Positions 1 to 8,211 of a DNA stretch of 64,000 nt are shown here, piece after piece; position 1 is the first letter of the stretch, and every line of letters starts with the position of its first letter. Under the pieces are notes generated by a model. That model saw only the letters and a program-made list of their open reading frames with translations, had not been told where the DNA came from and did not search any database. Origin of the DNA: an uncultured delta proteobacterium (GTDB lineage Bacteria > Desulfobacterota > Binatia > UBA9968); the NCBI GenBank assembly GCA_963737905.1, contig CAVTUQ010000002.1, forward strand, positions 640,001-704,000. The letters are read 5' to 3'. A program made the position numbers and the translations under genes.

Positions 1-2077
1 CGTACGATTTTGGCCGTTGCTTTCAACTGACGTACTGGTGGCATCGGTATCTCACTATCGAGCACGACTTCTCGTGTTGGATCGAATCCCGCGCTGGATA
101 ACCGCTGCAGCACCTGCCTAGAGTCTTTCTCCACCACTGCCCTGTTGACAATATAGGCGCGTGAAATAGTTCCCTCGATTTCGTAAAGCCACGAAAAGGA
201 ATCGGGAAAATGCCCAGTCCGACGAGTGCCGTTCTCGGGCAGAGCTTGAAAAGCCACGAGGTATTTTACGTTAAACGTACGCAAGAGCTTTATCTGGGTG
301 GTGAAGTCAAGCTGGTTGGCGAAGAAGAGGAAATCCGTATACGGCTGTCTTCCCAGCGCGTCGATTTCCTGGAAATAATCAACGCCGTAAAATAGCCCTG
401 CATTAGGGAGAAGGTTTTCAAACGATAGCGCGATTGATTCTTTCAATGTTGGGTGGCCCAGAACGGTTACCGCACTGGGGTGTAAATCTCGGGCCGACGG
501 ATAGTAAAAAAATCGATTCAGGTCACTCTCTCGTGTCTGCAAGACCCGCTTGCTTTCATATACGAAGCCGGGGTGTAGGGGAAATAGAAAACCTTTGTGC
601 GCCCAAGCGAGATCGACAAAAACCGCCGATACCATAAGAACGCCAAAAACGCGTAGCCGGATCGCTTTGGTTTTTGCCAAGACAATCAGCAATAGAAATC
701 CTAGAGAGAGGGCAACTTGCCTATCCAAATTTGACATTGCCCCAGCGATCTTCTTGGCGTGGTCGGGAGACAACACCGGAACCCAGTTTTGAGCGGCGAT
801 GAAACGACCGAGTAGGTCCAGATTGGACCTAGAAAAAATATAGATCCCCAGCCACGCTACGCATACCATGGAGAGAGCTACTAAGGGTCCCTTAACGCTG
901 CCCCCTTCGTTCAATAGCGAATCGCTGAGTCCTTTGAGAGCTACATATAAGAGAAGTACGTAAGTGAAGAAAAAAAATTTTGCCGGGAAACGAAATGCTC
1001 CGAGAAACGGTAGATGACGAAACAGGAAAGGATAAATAGGCGTATAGCTACCCAGAGCAACTATCAATGACGCGGCAACTAAACTCATGAGCGCAATTTT
1101 TTCGCGTAAAGAACTGAAACAAAGCCAGAGACTTATCCCAAAGGCAGAGATTGCTCCCAGATAGTAACTTACGAAAAATGGCGCTTCACGGCCAAAAAAA
1201 AGACGGACCCCCTTGGAGGTCGTCGGGTCAATCTCTTTGTCCAAGAAAAAAAGGTTTAGAAGGTTCATGGGGTTAAGGGACCAGTGCAAGGCCTCTTGCG
1301 GTGGGATTGGTTGTTGTCGCCGCGATTCCAAGAAAAGTTCGGCAGTGGGAAGAACTTGGACCATCACGAGTCCCAAGACTAAAAGATTCGCGGCTATTAA
1401 AACAGACACCAGCTTTCCACGCGATAAGGTGGACACAGACCGCCTCACCTTCATTCCATCGAGAAGAACCAAGACCATGCTGATCGCAAATAGTTCGGGA
1501 GAACCTGCTAGAAATTGCATCGCGGTAATCAAGGTGAACGCTAGAAAATTCTTCCACGAGCTCGAACGAAGAAGTTTCTCCCAGCTCAAAATGACCCAAG
1601 GGAGCCAGACCGCGGTTTGAAAGTGATTCAGCAAGTTGCTCAGGGAAACAACGGTCCCCCCGAGGGCGAACAGCAACGCCCCAACGATTGACAAGTAGGG
1701 AGGAAATTTCCAGTTGCGGCAGAGAAGATAAGCCCCAATCCCTGCTATCAAGAAGTGGAATATGAAAATGGCGCGGATCGCTGGGAAGAAGGACAGAATC
1801 AAAAATAGATGTGCGGCGGATAGAACACACCTGACTGGAAGGCAGCCAACAGCGGAAATCCCATGGCCATGTGGCGGTTCCAGAGGGGCAGCTCTCCAGA
1901 CCGAAAACTCTCATAGAGAGTAAATCGTAATGGATAAAAATATGGACCTAAGTCGCGGAAGAACGGGACTTGTTCTTGGAGAATCAAGTCTTGGCAAAAC
2001 CAGAGGATTAACAAAGATAAGATGAGTAAAGGCATGAGCCTGGATAAACGATTTCCCCAAGCGATTCTCGAATCCAT
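1..2077 (-). pseudogene. YfhO-family / GT-C-type polytopic membrane protein; frameshifted near 1801-1805, appears to run off the window start
   Basis: The N-terminus MDSRIAW...FFRDLGPYFYPLRF...GELPLWNRHMAMGFPLLAAFQSGVFYPPHIYF stops at 1799. Adding one T to the T5 run restores ...IYFLILSFFPAIRAIFIFHFLIAGIGAYLL...AVWLPW...QVLPTAELFLESRR...WSLNP...FRFPAKF, which I translated by hand as open to at least position 541. Confidence 0.75.
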
Positions 2078-2131
2078 AAGTCGTTTGTCGTTTGCTGAGT
2101 AGTTAGAAGACGGTACGGGTAACCAACAAAG

Positions 2132-2166
2132 AAAAAGGGGGTGGTCGCTCACGACTCACCCCCTTT
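2132..2166 (-). terminator. Intrinsic terminator after pilA
   Basis: Hairpin AAAGGGGGTG(A)GTCG-TGAG-CGACCACCCCCTTT followed by a T-run on the minus strand. Confidence 0.7.
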
Positions 2167-2201
2167 GTAAACAATTTCAGCTAAAGTGAGCGATACTCTC
2201 G

Positions 2202-2585
2202 TTACTGACAAGGACCTCCCGTTATCTGTCCAGTCGCACTACTAAAAGTCCAGGTGTCGCTAGCGCAGTTCGCGTGCTGAGCAGTTATGGAAAATGCGTT
2301 CGTTGCAACCGTCGCAGTTGACGTGACATCATTGCTCTTGTTAAACCCTGTCGGCGTTCCACTGGCCATCGCTCCACCCTTGTACGTGAAAGCTTGGGTA
2401 AAATAAGCTTCCTGCGCCGTAGCCGCATTCCTGAGATCGGATTTAACTTGTGCTTCATAGCCACGTTTTCTATAGGCCGAGAACTGAGGAATCGCAATGG
2501 CCGCCAAGATACCTATGATTGCGACAACAACAAGAAGTTCGATAAGTGTAAACCCGGATTCGTTGCGTAACCTTAAATTGTCCAT
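2202..2585 (-). CDS. pilA: Type IVa major pilin
   Basis: Prepilin cleavage site G|FTLIE with E5. FTLIELLVVVAIIGILAAIAIPQFSAYR closely resembles Geobacter PilA. There is a C-terminal Cys pair. Confidence 0.95.
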   Translation of the reverse strand: MDNLRLRNESGFTLIELLVVVAIIGILAAIAIPQFSAYRKRGYEAQVKSDLRNAATAQEAYFTQAFTYKGGAMASGTPTGFNKSNDVTSTATVATNAFSITAQHANCASDTWTFSSATGQITGGPCQ

Positions 2586-2748
2586 TTGTGAAGTACTCCC
2601 TTCGTTTATATTTTCCCGTTGTTAATGTCTCCTGCGACCTCCTACGGGAGTGGAGGTCACAAGCAACTAGATCATAAAAAAACAGTCCCCTATATTCTCA
2701 CCTCCTTGGGCAAAGGCGTTCGGAAGCTAAGACCTAAAAATGTGCACC

Positions 2749-2764
2749 GCAAATCCAGGGCCAG
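2749..2764 (-). promoter_or_regulatory. sigma54 (-24/-12) promoter for pilA
   Basis: Minus strand CTGGCCCTGGATTTGC = TGGC-N7-TTGC (GG-N10-GC), in the gap between the sigma54 activator gene and pilA. Confidence 0.75.
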
Positions 2765-2938
2765 CCTGATTTCGCGAGACGCAGGGTCACAACAGAGGGT
2801 GATTGTGGATTTTCACTTGTTTCAAAAATTGCGACTTATTAAGAGCTTATAGGTTGTCCGAAAAGATCGAGGCCCCTTGGAAGTTTAGCTAGTAGCGGGC
2901 GGGATCATTCTAGTTTACGTAAAAGAGAATTTGGATTG

Positions 2939-2953
2939 TAACAAAATTTGTTA
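2939..2953. promoter_or_regulatory. Candidate upstream activator sequence for the PilR-like domain
   Basis: Palindrome TAACAAA-A-TTTGTTA about 175 bp upstream of the -24 element. Confidence 0.35.
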
Positions 2954-2972
2954 TTGACCCGCCGGCGAATCA

Positions 2973-5003
2973 TCAGCGAGCGACGGCGTTTTTGGAGTTC
3001 AGCAATCCATATTTTTCCAGTCGATGGCGAAGAGATCTATAGTTAATGCCCAAAATCTCGGCAGCTCGCTTTTGTACCCCATTTGTCCTTTTAAGCGCGC
3101 CCAAAAGGATGCATTTTTCATGCGTTTCCAATTCAACGTCCAAAGACAAGCCTTTGGCGAAAAACAGATCCGCACCGCCGGGCGCGGTTCTCTCAAAAAC
3201 CTCGGCTTCCTCGTTGATTGCCACTCCTTTGATATGGGCTGGTAGATCTTCCTCAGTCATAATATTCTTATTCGCGACCGCGACCGCGTGTTCGATTATG
3301 TTTTCTAGCTCACGGACATTTCCCGGATAGCTATATCCCATTAGATGCATCAAGGCGCCGCTAGATATTTCCTCCACTTGCTTGCCGTGGGAAGCTGCAA
3401 ATTTGCGCATAAAGTGATGTGCCAGCGTTGGAATGTCCTCCTTTCTGTTGCGAAGCGGAGGCATCACTATCTGTACGACGTTAAGCCGATAAAATAGATC
3501 TCTCCGAAACCGACCGTCTTCCATCTCTTTGTGCAAATCTCGGTTCGTCGCGGAAATGACCCGTACATCAACTTTGATCTGCTTGCTGCCCCCCACCGGG
3601 GTAAAAGCTTTCTCTTGCAAAACCCTCAGCAGTTTTACCTGCAGGTGGAGCGGCAATTCCCCGACCTCATCTAGAAAAATCGTTCCTTGATCAGCCTGTT
3701 TGAACAACCCCAGATGTTCGGCAACAGCACCGGTGAAGGCGCCACGGGCATGTCCAAACAGCTCGCTTTCAATCAGGGTTTCGGGTATGGCGCCGCAATT
3801 GACCGCAACGAAAGGCATGTTTTTCCTTGATCCATTAAGATGAATCGCGCGCGCGATGAGTTCTTTGCCGGTCCCGCTTTCCCCTGTAATCAGAATGTTC
3901 GTGTTGTTTCTCGCCACCTTTTGAACCAGATTATAGATCTTTTCGATTCCACCACTCTTGCCGATGATACCCTCGAAATAGAAATCCGCATCCTCAATCC
4001 CACCAGGCCTTTGCTCCAGGTCGAACTCCCGCCCCCGACGCAATTCGTCCTCAAGTCGCAACTTCTCCTCAACCTCTCTTTGCTTACTGATGTCTTCGAA
4101 GATCGAGACGTAACCGACCAGCTGGTCGGACGCGTTGCTCAACGGTGCCAGCGTAAGTCGTAGCTGTTTCTGGTGTCCCTCGGAGGCAGCGAACGCGATC
4201 TCATCGGTCGAGATGCTTCGCCCTTCTCGTGAGCCGAGAAAGTTGGGCGTCATCCCTGGAAATATCTCATCCAACTTCTTTCCCTTAACATTTGCCTCTT
4301 GGAGCGACGTCAAATTCTGAGCCTGGCTGTTAAAGTAGTTTATGCGCCCTTCCGCATCCGTAATCGCAACACCGCTACCCACTCCCTGGAGAAGAGTCTC
4401 TTTAAGCGCGTCGAGCTCGAGGTAATCCGTATGTTTTTCCTTGAGCAGTCTTTCAGTCTCACTCAGTTTACGAGCGAGAAACCCGCCCAGTCCGGCAATG
4501 GCGAAAAAACTGCCAATGTTCAGTACCCCCGGCATCAGCTGCGACCATGACACGGGAATGCCGCTGCCGTGATGGAAAGTGCTGGTCCAACTCAGAAGAG
4601 CCACATAGCACAAACTGGAAAACCCTGCGGTAAAGAACGCCCCTCGATAAAACAACAGAATGGCTCCGTTCATCACGGCGAGATTGTAGAGAAAAGGGAA
4701 CGGGCTCGTGAAATCTCCGGTAAGCCAGATAATGCCCGTGATCAAGACAACATCGAAATCGATTTGGAGATGCGCAAAGAAACGAAGGTCAGGGATATAC
4801 GGGAGGACGAGAGCTGATCCAATGGAAATGGCGTAGGCAATGATGAGCGGGATCGAAAGCGTATAAAAAAAATGAAGATCCCCGTTGTTCTGCTTGAAAA
4901 ACTGGAAGAGCGCCGTCGCGCCCAAGAAAAAGGATAAGATGACAACCCGGAGAAAGAGCAGCCATCTGATTTTCTCTGTCAAATCCTTGCGCTCGTCGAT
5001 CAC
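2973..5003 (-). CDS. PilS-like membrane sensor + PAS fused to PilR-like sigma54 AAA+ activator and Fis-type HTH (no HisKA, HATPase or REC domain)
   Basis: N-terminal TM helices with WLTGDFTSPFPFLY; PAS (GVAITDAEGRINYFN...FEDIS); Walker A GESGTGKE; GAFTGA; FLDEVGEL; YPGNVRELEN; C-terminal AAEILGINYRSLRHRLEK. Confidence 0.9.
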   Translation of the reverse strand: MIDERKDLTEKIRWLLFLRVVILSFFLGATALFQFFKQNNGDLHFFYTLSIPLIIAYAISIGSALVLPYIPDLRFFAHLQIDFDVVLITGIIWLTGDFTSPFPFLYNLAVMNGAILLFYRGAFFTAGFSSLCYVALLSWTSTFHHGSGIPVSWSQLMPGVLNIGSFFAIAGLGGFLARKLSETERLLKEKHTDYLELDALKETLLQGVGSGVAITDAEGRINYFNSQAQNLTSLQEANVKGKKLDEIFPGMTPNFLGSREGRSISTDEIAFAASEGHQKQLRLTLAPLSNASDQLVGYVSIFEDISKQREVEEKLRLEDELRRGREFDLEQRPGGIEDADFYFEGIIGKSGGIEKIYNLVQKVARNNTNILITGESGTGKELIARAIHLNGSRKNMPFVAVNCGAIPETLIESELFGHARGAFTGAVAEHLGLFKQADQGTIFLDEVGELPLHLQVKLLRVLQEKAFTPVGGSKQIKVDVRVISATNRDLHKEMEDGRFRRDLFYRLNVVQIVMPPLRNRKEDIPTLAHHFMRKFAASHGKQVEEISSGALMHLMGYSYPGNVRELENIIEHAVAVANKNIMTEEDLPAHIKGVAINEEAEVFERTAPGGADLFFAKGLSLDVELETHEKCILLGALKRTNGVQKRAAEILGINYRSLRHRLEKYGLLNSKNAVAR

Positions 5004-5055
5004 AGTAAAGGCTTGCGCTCCAACGAAGGTGAAGATATCGGACTCTACGTTTGTT

Positions 5056-6276
5056 CTAAGACACCACGGAACCTAATTGAAAGATCGGCAGATACATTGA
5101 GATAACCAATCCGCCGAGGATCACTCCGAGGACAACCATGATCATGGGCTCCATGAGGGCAGTCAAATTGGCGACAGCATCATCTACTTCGTCTTCATAA
5201 AGCTCAGCCACCTTTCTAAGCATGGTGTCCAGCCCGCCGGTGTTCTCGCCGACGGCCACCATCTGGCAAACCATTGGCGGAAAGATCTTGCTCTCTCGCA
5301 AAGGCTCAGCCACCGTTCTTCCCTGACTGATGCTTACTCGGCTGTCCATGATCGCTTTTTCAATGACACGGTTACCTGCGGTCCTGGCCGTGATCGCCAG
5401 GCCGTCGAGGATTGGGACGCCGGAACTCAGAAGGATAGCCATGTTTTGTGAGAAGCGAGCTACCGCTACCTTGCGCAATAAATCGCCCACAACGGGCAGC
5501 CTGAGGAGGAATCGATCAATGTTCATCTGTCCATTATCCGTTTGATAATAGAAGCGAATTCCGACAATGATTCCGACAAGGGCAAAAACCATATAGAGAA
5601 AGTTGGCGCGGAACCAATTACTGATGTTGATCGTTATCTGTGTGGGCGCCGGCAAGGCTTTACCCATGCTACCATAGAGTTCCGCAAAAACGGGGATAAC
5701 GAAGATCAGTAAGATGGCCACAACGACGATAGCGACTACAATGATCGTGCAAGGATAAATCATCGCCCCTTTAACTTTTTTCTTGAGCTTGTTGGCCTTT
5801 TCGATAAATAGGGCGATTCGATTGAGGATTGCGTTCAACACACCGCCAGCCTCACCGGCTTGGACCATATTGACATACAGGTCGTCGAAGATTTTCGGGT
5901 GTTTTCGAAGAGCCTCAGCCAATGTAGAACCGCCTTCGACATCTTGCTTGATCGCACGCAGGGTATTGCGTAGTACCTTGCTTTCGCTTTGTTGAGTCTG
6001 AATATCCAAGCATTGTACGATGGGTAGCCCGGCATCGATCATCGTAGCGAACTGCCGGGTGAATACAGAAAGGTCCCGGGCCTTAATCTTTTCGCCAAAA
6101 CCGGGGATTTTGATTTCTGTATCCAATCCCCGGCCTTTTTCCCGAATCCGGTTCGGGATCGGCCGAATTCTGCGATCCCGCAGGATCGCAAAAACGGCTT
6201 CCAGATTGGGCGCTTCGACTTCCCCTTTCAGGACTCGTCCCTGCGCGGTTTTTCCTTCCCACAGGAATATTGCCAT
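5056..6276 (-). CDS. pilC: Type IV pilus inner-membrane platform protein (T2SS F family)
   Basis: FTRQFATMIDAGLP, GEAGGVL, MYLPIF motifs; downstream of pilB. Confidence 0.95.
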   Translation of the reverse strand: MAIFLWEGKTAQGRVLKGEVEAPNLEAVFAILRDRRIRPIPNRIREKGRGLDTEIKIPGFGEKIKARDLSVFTRQFATMIDAGLPIVQCLDIQTQQSESKVLRNTLRAIKQDVEGGSTLAEALRKHPKIFDDLYVNMVQAGEAGGVLNAILNRIALFIEKANKLKKKVKGAMIYPCTIIVVAIVVVAILLIFVIPVFAELYGSMGKALPAPTQITINISNWFRANFLYMVFALVGIIVGIRFYYQTDNGQMNIDRFLLRLPVVGDLLRKVAVARFSQNMAILLSSGVPILDGLAITARTAGNRVIEKAIMDSRVSISQGRTVAEPLRESKIFPPMVCQMVAVGENTGGLDTMLRKVAELYEDEVDDAVANLTALMEPMIMVVLGVILGGLVISMYLPIFQLGSVVS

Positions 6277-6364
6277 CGATTACGTCCTCTCTTGAAAACC
6301 TAATCTTAGTTTGCTCAACGGCGTTAAAAATCACCGGGGACCGGTCTTTTGCACCGGCCGGGCG

Positions 6365-8092
6365 TCAGAAACCCAATGAGAAAACCGATCCAAACCCTTT
6401 GTCCGTATCGGTTACGCGAACGGTTTCCTCAATAGTCGTTAGCCCCTCACGAACCTTCTGGAGGGCGCTCATACGGAGCGTGCTCATGCCCAGTTTCACG
6501 GCCTCTCGCTTGAGCTCAACCACCGACGCATTCCGCAGAATCAACTCCTTGACACCCTCGTGCATGACCATCACTTCATAGATGGCCAAACGGCCTCGAT
6601 ATCCCGTGCCGTTACAATTGGCACAACCTCGCCCATGAAAGGTGGAAAAGCCGGCGCCAACCTCTGTTGGGTCCACACCTAAATTGATCAAAATCTCAGG
6701 ACTCACTTCTCCCGGTTCTTTGCACTTTTCGCAAATTCGCCGTACCAACCTTTGGGCCGCGATCAGATTAATGGACGAAATCAGCAAGAAAGTCTCGACG
6801 CCCATGTTGACCAAGCGATCAACGGTAGAAGGAGCATCGTTGGTATGGAGAGTGCTGAGGACCAAGTGACCCGTCAACGCGGCTTTGACGGCGATCTGCG
6901 CAGTTTCAAGATCGCGAACTTCTCCGACCATAATGATGTCGGGATCCTGTCGAAGAAATGACCGCAGGGCGGCGGCAAAGGTTAACCCGATTTGCTCCCG
7001 GACCTGCACTTGGTTGATTCCAACCAAGTTGTACTCGACCGGATCTTCGGCCGTGGAAATGTTGACGTCGGGTTTGTTGAGCTCCGAGAGCGCGGAATAG
7101 AGCGTAGTCGACTTTCCGCTACCCGTCGGACCGGTGATAAGAATCATGCCGTATGGTTTGTGTATCGCTTCCAAGAAATCTTTAAGGGTTTGCGGATCGA
7201 AACCAAGTTTGGACATGTCCAGTTGGAGATTGGATTTGTCCAATAACCGCATGACGACTTTCTCGCCAAATAACGTCGGTAGTACCGAGACGCGGATATC
7301 CAATTCTCCGCCTACTCCCATCTTTAACTTGATCCGGCCATCCTGGGTGAGGCGCCGCTCAGCAATATCCAGTCCGGCCATGACCTTGAGGCGGGACACT
7401 AAAGGATTTTTTAGCCGAAGGGGCGGACTCATGATCTCCTGAAGAACCCCGTCCACTCGGAACCGCACGCGAAAGATTTTTTCGTAGGGCTCGATGTGAA
7501 TGTCGCTGGCTCGTCGCTTCGCGGCGTCGGCCAAGATCGCATTCACTAAGGTCACTACAGGCGCCTCCATAGTGGCCTGCTGAAGTTCCTGGAGGTTAAC
7601 GTCATCGCTTTCGTGGATAACCTCCATCTCTCCATCGCCAAATTTTTTCAAAACCTCATCGTAGCTTACTCCCCCAAAGCGGTGATCGAGAGTTTTTTTG
7701 ATCGCTGAAGGGGGAGCCAGCATAACCCTCACGCCGTAGCCCGTGATAAACTTCACTTCATTGATTGCAACGAGGTCTGTTGGGTCGGCCATGGCCACCG
7801 TGAGTGTAGAACCAAGAAGTTTTACCGGCACCAGCTGATGCTTTTGAATGATTTGAGGTGGAACAAGGCCAAAGACCGAATCTTCGATTTCTGAGGGACT
7901 TAAATCAACTTTTTCGATACTGAACTGCTTGGCAAGAAACTCGGTCAGGGTATCTTCGGCAGTAAAACCAAGCCGAACCAGCTCTCTAATGACACTGGAG
8001 CCCGTATCACGCTCCTTTTCCTGAGCCTGGACGAGCTGATCGCGGGAAACAATCCCTCCCCGCACCAATAACTCTGCAATACGCGGTTCCAT
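6365..8092 (-). CDS. pilB: Type IV pilus assembly ATPase
   Basis: ASDIHIEP, GPTGSGKSTT, AEDPVEY, LRQDPDIIMVGE and two CxxC pairs. Confidence 0.96.
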   Translation of the reverse strand: MEPRIAELLVRGGIVSRDQLVQAQEKERDTGSSVIRELVRLGFTAEDTLTEFLAKQFSIEKVDLSPSEIEDSVFGLVPPQIIQKHQLVPVKLLGSTLTVAMADPTDLVAINEVKFITGYGVRVMLAPPSAIKKTLDHRFGGVSYDEVLKKFGDGEMEVIHESDDVNLQELQQATMEAPVVTLVNAILADAAKRRASDIHIEPYEKIFRVRFRVDGVLQEIMSPPLRLKNPLVSRLKVMAGLDIAERRLTQDGRIKLKMGVGGELDIRVSVLPTLFGEKVVMRLLDKSNLQLDMSKLGFDPQTLKDFLEAIHKPYGMILITGPTGSGKSTTLYSALSELNKPDVNISTAEDPVEYNLVGINQVQVREQIGLTFAAALRSFLRQDPDIIMVGEVRDLETAQIAVKAALTGHLVLSTLHTNDAPSTVDRLVNMGVETFLLISSINLIAAQRLVRRICEKCKEPGEVSPEILINLGVDPTEVGAGFSTFHGRGCANCNGTGYRGRLAIYEVMVMHEGVKELILRNASVVELKREAVKLGMSTLRMSALQKVREGLTTIEETVRVTDTDKGFGSVFSLGF

Positions 8093-8120
8093 ACGACCTT
8101 AGCTATCTGAAGGGATGTAA

Positions 8121-8150
8121 ATTATCTTAAAAGAAAGCCAATTCTGTCAA
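8121..8150 (-). promoter_or_regulatory. Putative sigma70 promoter of the pilB operon
   Basis: TTGACA-N18-GATAAT on the minus strand just upstream of the pilB ATG. Confidence 0.5.
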
Positions 8151-8211
8151 CAGTTTTAAATAAAAGAACGGGCTTCTGTTTGGGAGCCGAGAAGAAGCAA
8201 GCTTTGGCAAC

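Noticed and set aside
2690-2770. Possible c-di-GMP-I riboswitch near pilA (GGCAAA...GCAAA words)
   Set aside because: The words are on the strand opposite pilA and I could not form the required paired stems.
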